Of a stretch of 56,305 nucleotides of DNA, positions 40,381 through 49,724 are shown one piece after another. Each line of letters opens with the position of its first letter. Position 1 is the first letter of the stretch. The translations under genes were made by a program, and so were the position numbers. Source of the stretch: Mucilaginibacter sp. (GTDB lineage Bacteria > Bacteroidota > Bacteroidia > Sphingobacteriales > Sphingobacteriaceae); the NCBI GenBank assembly GCA_028288315.1, contig JAQBNY010000075.1:1-56305 (forward strand). The letters are read 5' to 3'. A model generated the notes under the pieces. It saw only the letters and a list, made by a program, of their open reading frames with translations, was not told where the DNA came from and searched no databases.

Positions 40381-40415
40381 AGCCCCAAACCACCCAAAGG
40401 GCGGTTTGGGGTTTT
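40381..40415 (+). terminator. Intrinsic terminator inside EPS locus
   Basis: CCCCAAACCACCC-AAA-GGGCGGTTTGGGG (one mismatch) followed by TTTT. Confidence 0.8.
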
Positions 40416-40593
40416 AAAAATAACGCTGCCACTATAGTACAAACTTATATTTATTATAATCTTACTAATCATCTCTGTTTATTAAGTTAAAGCTGATTGA
40501 ATGTATAGTAATCAGTTAAATACATTCTATAAAAATCATTCTGGTACTACTTTAAAGTTACTATCCTATTAAATTGTATACGTGCAAAAGGAT

Positions 40594-41736
40594 ATGATAA
40601 AATCCGGGAAAAAAGTATTGATTGTTAGCGATTCGTCTAAATCTTTAATAGATTTTAGGGGTAAGCTAATTGAAGAGTTGGCTAAAAAGCATAAAGTGTA
40701 TGTCTTTACACCTAAGATATTACAGCATGCCTTTCGAGAAAAGCTAATTTCTTTAAATGTAGAAATATTTGAAAATAACTTAAATGGAAGTAGTGTTTCT
40801 GTGATCTCAGATATTCATTACATCATTCAATTGTATAGACTGATAAAGCGAATTAAACCTTCAATTTTTTTTCCATATACTTTTAAACCAGTTATTTACG
40901 GTACTATACTTGCAAAACTATGCAGAGTTAAAGTTGTAGTTCCAATGCTTACCGGATTGGGTTATAATTTTGCTCCCGATAAAAGTAAAAATTGGATAAA
41001 AACTATTACTCAGGTCTTGCTAAAAGCCAGCTTATATAATAGTAAACGGCAACGGATAGTTTTTCAAAATAAAGATGATCATCAAACTCTGATAGATCAT
41101 AAAATTATAAGCCCTAACCATAAATCCTATATAGTAAATGGCTCGGGAGTTGATTTGGAACATTACAGTTATAAACCTCCAAATACAAATTTGGTTAGCT
41201 TTTTAATGGTAGCCCGTTTAATAAATGCAAAGGGAATATATGAATATTATGAGGCCGCACGTATCATTCATTTTGTGTATCCAAACACACAATTTAAGTT
41301 AATAGGGGCTTTAGATAATAATATTGACGCAATTAGTTCTAATCTTTTCAACCAAATTAAATCAGGAAAAACCATTCAATATCTTGGTGAGGTTGATGAC
41401 GTGAGGCCATATATAAATAATGCTTCAGTGGTTGTATTACCCTCATATTATGGAGAAGGCATTCCGCGATGTTTACTTGAAGCAATGGCTATGGGTAGGG
41501 CTATAATAACATGCAATTCCGTTGGTTGTAAAGAAACTGTTAATTATGTTACTGAAATAAATGGCTTTTTAGTACCCGTAAAAAATGTAGCTGCTTTGGT
41601 TTCTGCAATTGAATATTATTTATTACATCCAGATATAATAGTAAGCCATGGCTTAAATGGTCTTTTAATGGCCAAGAAAAAATTTGATGTGAATTTGGTA
41701 AATACCGAAATGCTAAAAATAATGCAGTTGAATTAA
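40594..41736 (+). CDS. Glycosyltransferase family 4 (CapM-like)
   Basis: FRGKLI, KPVIYG, TGLGY, FQNKDD, GSGVDL, EGIPRCLLEAMA; ATG 40594 or GTG 40582. Confidence 0.9.
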   Translation: MIKSGKKVLIVSDSSKSLIDFRGKLIEELAKKHKVYVFTPKILQHAFREKLISLNVEIFENNLNGSSVSVISDIHYIIQLYRLIKRIKPSIFFPYTFKPVIYGTILAKLCRVKVVVPMLTGLGYNFAPDKSKNWIKTITQVLLKASLYNSKRQRIVFQNKDDHQTLIDHKIISPNHKSYIVNGSGVDLEHYSYKPPNTNLVSFLMVARLINAKGIYEYYEAARIIHFVYPNTQFKLIGALDNNIDAISSNLFNQIKSGKTIQYLGEVDDVRPYINNASVVVLPSYYGEGIPRCLLEAMAMGRAIITCNSVGCKETVNYVTEINGFLVPVKNVAALVSAIEYYLLHPDIIVSHGLNGLLMAKKKFDVNLVNTEMLKIMQLN

Positions 41737-41769
41737 GCTTTTACTATCCATATAAACCTATAAAATTTT

Positions 41770-42573
41770 ATGAAAAATTTTTTCACTTACTCATGCAGAG
41801 CCATGAGTGACTTTAAAACCGCTATTAACAAATTCGGCTGGGTTGTATTTGAAAATTCGGTAAATCCAGATTTAATTGAAATAATTAAAAATGACCTGGA
41901 TATAGGTTATGCATACAGAAGAGATATCCAAAGGAAAAACGGGATAAGTGCTAATATGGATGGCACGCTTCATCACTTATTGGAGAGAGGTAACTTTAGT
42001 TTGCAGTTTCTTAAACAAATGTATTGCGACGAAGAAATAAACCAATTTTTGGGCGGTAAGTATATTCTTAATGGTATCAATGCAGTAATTCATATGAAAC
42101 AAGAACACCCATACTTGAGTAACATGCACCGCGATGTGAGAACGTTTATGGCAGATACCAAATTTTTGATTCAGATGATTGTTGTTTTGGATGATTTTAC
42201 AGCATCAAACGGTGCAACACATTTTCTTTCAGGATCACATAAGGTAGACATTAAGCCCGATGAAGATTACTTTTACAAAAATGCTGATAGAGCCATTACT
42301 GCTAAAGGCAGCATCATACTTTTTGATTCAAACTTGTGGCATGCCGCAGGAGAGAATAAAACGGCAAATCCTCGCAGGGCATTAACTTTAGGGTTTACGC
42401 GGCCTTTTGTGAAGCAACAAATGGATTACCCACGGTTTTTAGGGTATGACTTTGTATCTAAATTAAGCCCTGAATTACGCCAGGTAATTGGTTACAACGC
42501 ACGCACTCCAGAAAACTTAAACGAATATTACCAACCGCCTCATCTTAGAATGTATCAACGTGATCAAGGATAA
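41770..42573 (+). CDS. Phytanoyl-CoA dioxygenase (PhyH) family 2OG-Fe(II) oxygenase
   Basis: HRD...WH facial triad, LDDFTASNGAT, GSH, RRAL. Confidence 0.85.
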   Translation: MKNFFTYSCRAMSDFKTAINKFGWVVFENSVNPDLIEIIKNDLDIGYAYRRDIQRKNGISANMDGTLHHLLERGNFSLQFLKQMYCDEEINQFLGGKYILNGINAVIHMKQEHPYLSNMHRDVRTFMADTKFLIQMIVVLDDFTASNGATHFLSGSHKVDIKPDEDYFYKNADRAITAKGSIILFDSNLWHAAGENKTANPRRALTLGFTRPFVKQQMDYPRFLGYDFVSKLSPELRQVIGYNARTPENLNEYYQPPHLRMYQRDQG

Positions 42574-42606
42574 TTATCTTCTTCCATTTCTTTTAATACT
42601 AAATTC

Positions 42607-43578
42607 ATGCCTAAAGCAAAGGAAGTTATTAAGCCTATTGGCGGTTTTTATGACTTGCAGTTACCAACAGGTAATGAATACTATGCAGATCTGTTGCGAT
42701 TAAATACAGGCCGTAATGCTTTGGAATATATTTTAAGGCAAAAAGCTTACTCTAAAATTTATATACCTTTTTTTACATGTGATGTTTTGCTTGAACCTAT
42801 AAAAAAATTAGGGGTTAAGTATGAATTTTATTCAATTAATGAAAGGCTTGAGCCAATTATTAACTTTGAAATTGAACCTACCGCATGTTTGTTATATACC
42901 AACTACTTTGGCATTAAGCACGATGCAGTTATAACACTTAGCGAACAAATCCCTAACATTATAATAGATAACTCTCAGGCATTTTATTCTGAACCTTTGC
43001 CAGGTGTAGATACTTTTTACTCATGCAGAAAGTTTTTTGGTGTACCAGACGGTGCTTACTTAAACATAAAAAAAAAGCTTAATAAAAAACTGCCTATTGA
43101 TGTTTCTTACAATAGGGTTTCTCACCTAACAAAAAGCATTGATCTGGGTATTGAAGCTGCCTATGCCGATTCATTAATTAACAATAAACTATTGGAAAAT
43201 AATGAAATTAAAATCATGTCTAACTTAACCAAAAGAATTATGTGTGGTATAAGATATGATGAATGTGCACAAATAAGGGAGCGTAATTTTTTTTTTTTAC
43301 ATCAACATTTAAAAGAGTTTAATCTTTTTCAGTTTGATTTTCCAACTAATAAATCACCAATGGTTTACCCTTTTTTGTATGATGATCGTAATTTAAAAAT
43401 ACACCTGATTCAGAAGAAAATATTTGTGCCTACTTATTGGCCTAATGTATATAATTGGACAAGCGCTGGCATGTATGAAAATTATCTAACCACTAACTTA
43501 GTGCCCTTGCCAATAGATCATAGGTACAATCTGAAGGATATGTTTTATATGTTAAATACTTTAAAACAGGTGTTATGA
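42607..43578 (+). CDS. Divergent PLP-dependent DegT-like protein
   Basis: IGG, GRNAL, YTNYFG, IIDNSQAF, SCRKFFGVPDG, LPIDHRY. Confidence 0.65.
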   Translation: MPKAKEVIKPIGGFYDLQLPTGNEYYADLLRLNTGRNALEYILRQKAYSKIYIPFFTCDVLLEPIKKLGVKYEFYSINERLEPIINFEIEPTACLLYTNYFGIKHDAVITLSEQIPNIIIDNSQAFYSEPLPGVDTFYSCRKFFGVPDGAYLNIKKKLNKKLPIDVSYNRVSHLTKSIDLGIEAAYADSLINNKLLENNEIKIMSNLTKRIMCGIRYDECAQIRERNFFFLHQHLKEFNLFQFDFPTNKSPMVYPFLYDDRNLKIHLIQKKIFVPTYWPNVYNWTSAGMYENYLTTNLVPLPIDHRYNLKDMFYMLNTLKQVL

Positions 43579-44081
43579 CAATTTTAGTGTATATAAGGCC
43601 ACTTGAATTAAAAGATGCACAAACTTCATATTTATGGAGAAACAATTCAAAATTATGGATTTACACCAACTTTAAACCAAAAGACTACATTACCCCAGAG
43701 ATGGAAACTAAATGGTTAATGGGAACTCTTAATAAACCAGATCAACGTCGTTTTGCTATATGCGTAAAAGAACTTGATACCTACATTGGCAATGTTCAAT
43801 TACTTAATATTAATGAGCAAAGTGCAGAATTACATCTTTTTATAGGTAATGAACTGTATTGGAATATGGGCGTTGGCTACCAGGCAACTAAGCTAATTGT
43901 TGAATATGGTTTTTTAAAAAAAAGGTTAAAGGAAATTTATTTAAAAGTGCATCCTGCAAATTTACCTGCATTGTATTTATATGAAAAGGCCGGGTTTAAT
44001 ATTACCGGAAAAAAAGACGGGTTAATATTGATGACCATCACAAGGAAGCCTACTTACTCAAATGTTAGCCATAACATTTAG
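43575..44081 (+). CDS. GNAT N-acetyltransferase (RimL/PseH-like)
   Basis: IRPL, WRN, YIGNVQL, WNMGVG, NLPALYLYEKAGF. Confidence 0.85.
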   Translation: MTILVYIRPLELKDAQTSYLWRNNSKLWIYTNFKPKDYITPEMETKWLMGTLNKPDQRRFAICVKELDTYIGNVQLLNINEQSAELHLFIGNELYWNMGVGYQATKLIVEYGFLKKRLKEIYLKVHPANLPALYLYEKAGFNITGKKDGLILMTITRKPTYSNVSHNI

Positions 44082-44106
44082 CGATTTATAAAATCAAATT
44101 TAAGAT

Positions 44107-45132
44107 ATGAAGAAAATAATTACTATTCAGGATAGGCTGGAATGGATTTACTATATAAGTAATGCAGCGGAGCATGATTTTTATCATACGTGGCATTACC
44201 ACTCGCTTGAAACTACGGCCACTCCTTTACTGTTTGTTTATGAACAACATCAGGATTTTATAGCCATTCCGCTTTTGAAGAGACCAATTCCCGAATCTAT
44301 TTACTATGATTTAACTTGTGTATATGGCTTTTCGGGTCCATTTTCAAATAAAAAAATGAAAGATTTGGATGATGACTTAATAGAACAGTTTAAGGTTGAT
44401 TTTCTCAAGTTTTTGGATGACGAGCAAATAGTATCAGTGTTTTCCAGAATGCATCCGTTTTACCAACAACAATTAGTGCTTGAAAAGTTTGGCGGGGTTT
44501 ATCATAATGGCAAAACCGTAGTAATGGATCTAACTGTTAACATTGAGGAACAGCGCAGAAAGTACCGGCCAACTGCCCTACGCGCAATAAATATTGCCAG
44601 AGAAAAAGGTTACCGGCTTGTTGAGGCGAGTGGGACACAAGCTATCACAACCTTTTTTGAGATATATTCAGAAAGTATGCGGCGTGTAGGTGCATCGGAG
44701 TATTACTATTTTAGTGAAAATTACATTTCAAAAATTGTAAATACAGAAGAGTACGACGCTCGGATTGTAATGGTTTATGATGGCGATATTGTTATAGCAA
44801 GTACTTTAATTATGCTTACAAATGGCATAATGCAGGGGCATTTGGTAGGTGTTCGTGCAGAATATATGAAGTATAGTCCAATGAGATATATGATTGATGA
44901 ACTTACAATATTTGGAAGGGCAGCCGGCATAAATTATTACAATTTAGGTGGAGGAATTGGCTTTAAAGATGACAACATCTTTAAGGGGAAAACTGCACTT
45001 ACAGATCTCACTTTTGATTATAAAAGTTGGCGCTTTATAGCCAATCCATGTGTTTACAGGCAACTGCTTGCCGCAAAGGGTATTAATGAAGATACTGATG
45101 TGGACTTTTTTCCGCTTTATAGGTACGCTTAA
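44107..45132 (+). CDS. FemABX-like / GNAT-fold transferase
   Basis: DFYHTWHYH, VYGFSGP, FSRMHP, YNLGGGIG. Confidence 0.75.
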   Translation: MKKIITIQDRLEWIYYISNAAEHDFYHTWHYHSLETTATPLLFVYEQHQDFIAIPLLKRPIPESIYYDLTCVYGFSGPFSNKKMKDLDDDLIEQFKVDFLKFLDDEQIVSVFSRMHPFYQQQLVLEKFGGVYHNGKTVVMDLTVNIEEQRRKYRPTALRAINIAREKGYRLVEASGTQAITTFFEIYSESMRRVGASEYYYFSENYISKIVNTEEYDARIVMVYDGDIVIASTLIMLTNGIMQGHLVGVRAEYMKYSPMRYMIDELTIFGRAAGINYYNLGGGIGFKDDNIFKGKTALTDLTFDYKSWRFIANPCVYRQLLAAKGINEDTDVDFFPLYRYA

Positions 45133-45150
45133 TCATTAAAAACCATTACC

Positions 45151-47121
45151 ATGATATATCTAAAAAACCTATTATTTCAGGATAAATTCCATTCGAAATG
45201 GTTAATACTTATAATTGATTTGTTAATTGTTATCTCATCATTATTAATATCATTTTTTATAAAAAATGATTTAAAATTCAACGAAGCCAACAATTATTAC
45301 ATCATATTATATAGTTGCATTGCAGCCCTGTCATTTTTTTCAATGCGCATACATACACGTATTATCAGATATTCAAATACAAAAGATATGCAACGTGTTA
45401 TTACAGCAGTGTTAGTTAGCAATTTAGCCTTTTTGATAGTATTATATTCAATTATTAACCCTTACCTCAAGTTAAATTTTAATAATTTTCAAGATATATT
45501 TCTTGTCAATATTTTCATTTCCTCAATTGTGTTGATTGGGTTTAGAATATTAATAAAAGATATGTTTCAATTTATTACCTACAAGACTGCTACTATTAAA
45601 AAGGAGAATGTACTTATATATGGTTCAAACACATCATCAATATTAATAAAAAATACGGTTGAAGCGCAGGAAGGTACTAAAATGCAGGTGCAAGGATTTA
45701 TTGATACTGCCGCGGATAAGCTATACAAATGTATTGAACAAAAAATCGTATACCCCGATATTGCAATTGATAGATTATACAAAAGGTTTTCAATAAAAAC
45801 ATTATTTATTACTTCTGAGCACTTAAAGATTTCTGGTAACAAAAGTGTCATAGAAAAATGTATCTCTTTAGGAATAAAAGTTATTACTGTTCCGCCAACC
45901 AACCAGTGGATAAACGGGCAGCCAAGTATTAATCAATTTAAAGATCTTAAAATAGAGGATCTTTTGGACCGAGATCCTATAAAACTGTGTAAAGACCATA
46001 TTTTAAAAAGCCTTGTCGGGAAGAGAGTTTTGGTTACTGGAGCTGCGGGTTCAATAGGAGCAGAAATTGTGCGCCAGGTATTATGCTTTAATCCTGAGTT
46101 AGTTGTACTCTGCGATCAGGCGGAGACACCTTTGCATAATATTCAATTAGAAATTGAGGATAGCAATAATAAAAACAAAGTGCACTTATTCATCGCCGAT
46201 ATTCAGAATTCAAATCGGATTAAAATGCTCTTTAATCACTATAGGCCCCAGATAGTTTTTCATGCGGCAGCATATAAGCACGTTCCTATGATGGAGAGCA
46301 ACCCAACAGAAGCTGTATTGACAAATATTTTGGGTACTAAAAACATGGCTGATATTTCTTTGGAATATAAAGTAGAAAAATTTATCATGATTTCTACAGA
46401 TAAAGCAGTTAAGCCAACAAATATAATGGGGGCATCAAAGCGTATAGCCGAGATGTATATCCAATCTTTAAACAATGCCATTGTTGATGGTAGTATTCAG
46501 GATAACAAGGCCTCCCAAACTAAATTTATAACTACCAGGTTTGGAAACGTACTTGGCTCAAATGGGTCAGTAATTCCACGGTTTAAAATGCAAATAGAAC
46601 GTGGTGGCCCAGTAACTGTCACTCATCCTGATATATCCAGGTATTTCATGACAATTCCAGAATCTGTGCAATTGGTGCTTGAGGCAGCGGTTATGGGCTT
46701 GGGAGGAGAAATATTTTTATTTGATATGGGAAAACCTATTAAAATAACAGATCTCGCTCTTAATATGATCAAACTTGCAGGTTTTAAACCTGGTGAAGAT
46801 ATTAAAATTGTTTACACCGGCTTGAGGCCTGGAGAAAAACTTTATGAAGAATTATTAAATAAAGAAGAAGAAATAATACCTACTTATAATAATAAAATTA
46901 AGATCTCTAAAACTATATCTCACAATTATAACAATATTAACGAAAACGTAAATATGTTGTTAGCCTTTAATTTAATTAACAACGTGGATGAAATGGTTGG
47001 CTTGATGAAAACAATGATACCTGATTTTATTAGCAATAATTCTTGTTTTGAAAAACTGGATGCTAAATTTCAAAAAACAGAGGTTGTAAATGATATAAAA
47101 TATATACCTATCCGCTTATAA
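45151..47121 (+). CDS. Membrane UDP-GlcNAc 4,6-dehydratase (CapD/PglF/WbpM family)
   Basis: Four TM helices; IEDLLDRDP, TGAAGSIG, HAAAYKHVP, STDKAV, RFGNVLGSNGSV, GLRPGEKLYEEL. Confidence 0.93.
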   Translation: MIYLKNLLFQDKFHSKWLILIIDLLIVISSLLISFFIKNDLKFNEANNYYIILYSCIAALSFFSMRIHTRIIRYSNTKDMQRVITAVLVSNLAFLIVLYSIINPYLKLNFNNFQDIFLVNIFISSIVLIGFRILIKDMFQFITYKTATIKKENVLIYGSNTSSILIKNTVEAQEGTKMQVQGFIDTAADKLYKCIEQKIVYPDIAIDRLYKRFSIKTLFITSEHLKISGNKSVIEKCISLGIKVITVPPTNQWINGQPSINQFKDLKIEDLLDRDPIKLCKDHILKSLVGKRVLVTGAAGSIGAEIVRQVLCFNPELVVLCDQAETPLHNIQLEIEDSNNKNKVHLFIADIQNSNRIKMLFNHYRPQIVFHAAAYKHVPMMESNPTEAVLTNILGTKNMADISLEYKVEKFIMISTDKAVKPTNIMGASKRIAEMYIQSLNNAIVDGSIQDNKASQTKFITTRFGNVLGSNGSVIPRFKMQIERGGPVTVTHPDISRYFMTIPESVQLVLEAAVMGLGGEIFLFDMGKPIKITDLALNMIKLAGFKPGEDIKIVYTGLRPGEKLYEELLNKEEEIIPTYNNKIKISKTISHNYNNINENVNMLLAFNLINNVDEMVGLMKTMIPDFISNNSCFEKLDAKFQKTEVVNDIKYIPIRL

Positions 47122-47379
47122 ACAGTTTATTTTGGTCTGCTTAATGAAATATTTATATCTGATTTTAAACTTAAGAGACTTGAGTAAAAGCATAATAAAC
47201 ACATTTTATTTTACAGAAAAATCCGCAAATGCATTTACTTCATAAGTAATTGGCCTACAATGAAACTTAATATTTGCTTGAATTTATTTACAATTGATTT
47301 AATTCATTTGTAACTCTCCTATAATATTAATTCTAGATCGCTAAGATATTTTCAATAAATTCATAATCTATAAATTGTT

Positions 47380-47817
47380 ATGTGTAGTAAAATTAATTAT
47401 CCAGTCAATAATGAAGATGTCATTGGTGATGACTCTGACGTTAGTTCTTTAAGCTGTGACATAAACTGTGGTCAAATTGTGGAAAAGGTAGTGAAAATGG
47501 GTAAGTTGAGTATCAGTGAAGTATCCAGGAAACTAAATGTGAGTAGGCGAACACTTTACAATTGGTTCAAAACTAAAGACCTAAGCTTTGATACTATTGA
47601 AAAAATTGGAGTAGTAATTAATCATGATTTTTCAGAAGAATTTCCTGAAGTTTTTCCGCTAAATAAAAGCCTGAAAGGTGGCGATTTCGATATTACCAAT
47701 CAACAAACAAAGGAAAATCTATCTGACCCAATTTATTATTGGATGGATAAATATATTAAATTATTGGAACGATTTAACGAAGTTTTGCCTATTAAGTATG
47801 GTAAGAAAAATACTTAG
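47380..47817 (+). CDS. Helix-turn-helix DNA-binding protein (XRE-like)
   Basis: SISEVSRKLNVSRRTLYNWF HTH; HDFSEEFPE; YWMDKYIKLLE. Confidence 0.8.
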   Translation: MCSKINYPVNNEDVIGDDSDVSSLSCDINCGQIVEKVVKMGKLSISEVSRKLNVSRRTLYNWFKTKDLSFDTIEKIGVVINHDFSEEFPEVFPLNKSLKGGDFDITNQQTKENLSDPIYYWMDKYIKLLERFNEVLPIKYGKKNT

Positions 47818-47919
47818 CCATACATTTTAAATTCTATTTCTTCTTACTACTAATTATGAAAATAGATCATGTAAGCTATATAATTATAACATAAATACTG
47901 ATCGCAATTAATTATATAC

Positions 47920-47950
47920 AAAGGTCACGTTTTAAAACGTGGCCTTTTTT
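47920..47950 (+). terminator. Intrinsic terminator between convergent genes
   Basis: AAAGGTCACGTT-TTAA-AACGTGGCCTTT followed by T run. Confidence 0.8.
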
Positions 47951-48060
47951 ATTTTTCGATATATAATGTAGTAATGGCCTTAACCGGATTGTAATTAAAT
48001 GCCCTCCACAGATTAAATTAATCAAATTAAAAAGCTGTAATCTTAGTAATTTTTACTTCT

Positions 48061-48336
48061 TTATTTTGCTTTGCTTGCGAGAGGTGCAGGTGTTTGTTTT
48101 ACAGCCGTTGCAGGTTCTGTGATTTTACTATTAACAGATACAGTAGGCCTTATAAGCTTGGCGATTTTTTTTGCAATTTTATTAGCGCTTTTGGTAAGCT
48201 TTTTCTCAATTTTTTTAGCATCTGTACCAAGTTCGGTTGCATTGCTTTTTATTGCAGCCAGTAAACTAACTTCTAAATTTTTTACCAGGGTTTTCTTTGC
48301 TGTTTTAGCAAGCGATTTTCGTTCTGATTTTTTCAT
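48061..48336 (-). CDS. Small Lys/Ala-rich basic protein
   Basis: 91 aa, ATG start, very basic, TAnnTTTG element just upstream. Confidence 0.75.
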   Translation of the reverse strand: MKKSERKSLAKTAKKTLVKNLEVSLLAAIKSNATELGTDAKKIEKKLTKSANKIAKKIAKLIRPTVSVNSKITEPATAVKQTPAPLASKAK

Positions 48337-48356
48337 AAGGAATTGAGGTGAAAACT

Positions 48357-48402
48357 CAAATGTAAGTTAAATTTAAGTTACTCGTATGTTATCGTTATGT
48401 TA
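48357..48402 (-). promoter_or_regulatory. -7 element overlapped by four 11-bp-phased direct repeats
   Basis: TACATTTG on minus strand (48357-48364); TAWGTTA at 48363, 48374, 48385, 48396. Confidence 0.7.
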
Positions 48403-48601
48403 AGTAGTTAAATTGAGGTAACATGCTTTAACGCCATGTTAGCTAATGTTAATTATTGTATAAATATGATTGACAAAAAACCGAGTTTGATACCTACTAC
48501 ATCAAAAACCGGTCGGGTTCAATGAATTTTGGTCAGAACACTTTTAAATATTAAAAAAAATAGTAGGTAATAAACTATTTACTTTCATTGCCAGTGTTTT
48601 T

Positions 48602-48609
48602 TAACTTTG
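48602..48609 (+). promoter_or_regulatory. -7 promoter element of GH25 gene
   Basis: TAACTTTG ending 4 nt before GTG start. Confidence 0.6.
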
Positions 48610-48613
48610 CACT

Positions 48614-49486
48614 GTGACCACCATAAAGAAAACCAGGGTAACTGCAAAGAAAACCTCTAAACCCAAATCCTTACCGCGAAAGAAAAAGCCTCAAAAAAAT
48701 GGTTTGTGGTGGAAAGTTGTTTTAGTGGGTATACTGTTAATAATATTATCACCATTTTATTACGGATACGTACTTAAGATATTTTCATCTACTTGGAGGT
48801 GGATAGCCGATATAGGAGAAAATCCGCATTATCGTACTTACAAAAGTTTTGATATCCGTATCCCATCAGGCTACAAAAAACATGGTATTGATGTATCTTA
48901 TGCACAGGGTAAGATAGATTGGCAAAAGGTAAAATCTATGCAGGAAGATAGTGTAAGGATAAGCTTTGCATTTATAAAAGCTACGGAGGGCCTTTTGACT
49001 GTTGATCCTTATTTTAAACGTAACTGGCGCGAAGCACCAAAAGCAGGTATTGTTTGCGGTGCATATCATTTTCTTCGCCCTACAAAAAGCGGGGCGTGGC
49101 AGGCAAGGTTTTTCCTGCAGAATGTAAAAATGGAAAGCGGTGACCTGCCGGCTGTTGCAGATATTGAACGGTTGGATGGTACAACCCCTGAAACAATGCG
49201 TAAAGAACTAAAAGCTTTTGTAAAGCAAGTAGAATTAAAAACTGGAATAAAGCCCATTATTTACACCAACATTAGCTTTTATAATGATTATTTGGCCGGA
49301 TATTTTGACGGGTATCCGTTATGGATAGCGAATTATTACCAGCCAGAATTAAAAATTGACCACAATACACAATGGAAATTTTGGCAACATTCAGATAGGG
49401 CAAAGGTAAATGGGATTGGCCATGTTGTTGATTTTAACGTATTTAGAGGAGATAGCCTCGCCTTTCAAAAGCTTTTAGCTCCTTAA
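48614..49486 (+). CDS. GH25 muramidase (lysozyme), membrane-anchored
   Basis: Basic N-tail plus TM helix; GIDVS, FIKATEG, GAYHF, DIE, WQHS, VDFNVF. Confidence 0.92.
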   Translation: MTTIKKTRVTAKKTSKPKSLPRKKKPQKNGLWWKVVLVGILLIILSPFYYGYVLKIFSSTWRWIADIGENPHYRTYKSFDIRIPSGYKKHGIDVSYAQGKIDWQKVKSMQEDSVRISFAFIKATEGLLTVDPYFKRNWREAPKAGIVCGAYHFLRPTKSGAWQARFFLQNVKMESGDLPAVADIERLDGTTPETMRKELKAFVKQVELKTGIKPIIYTNISFYNDYLAGYFDGYPLWIANYYQPELKIDHNTQWKFWQHSDRAKVNGIGHVVDFNVFRGDSLAFQKLLAP

Positions 49487-49724
49487 TAAATAAAAACCAT
49501 TAATTTACAAAGCAACCACATTTCTTTTCTTATTTTTGTGCATTGATAAAAACAACATATTACGTGCGATAAATTTAACTAATCAGTTAAATCATAAATT
49601 GTATATTACTCTTTCGCACAAAGCACCTTTATATAAGCAGTTTTTACAAAGTTTATTTAAACTTTATACCTATTTGGTCAATTGATCGTTTACAATTGGC
49701 TATAAGATTATCATTTTCATATAC

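Noticed and set aside
21534-43076. A8-A9/T9 runs in upxY, GT4, wzy and the PLP-like gene as phase-variation sites
   Set aside because: Runs of this length are expected in AT-rich Lys/Phe codons
48071-48346. 91-aa hydrophobic plus-strand ORF
   Set aside because: Antisense shadow of the Lys-rich gene, which has the ATG and promoter
48614-49486. GH25 as a prophage endolysin
   Set aside because: No holin, structural or integrase genes nearby
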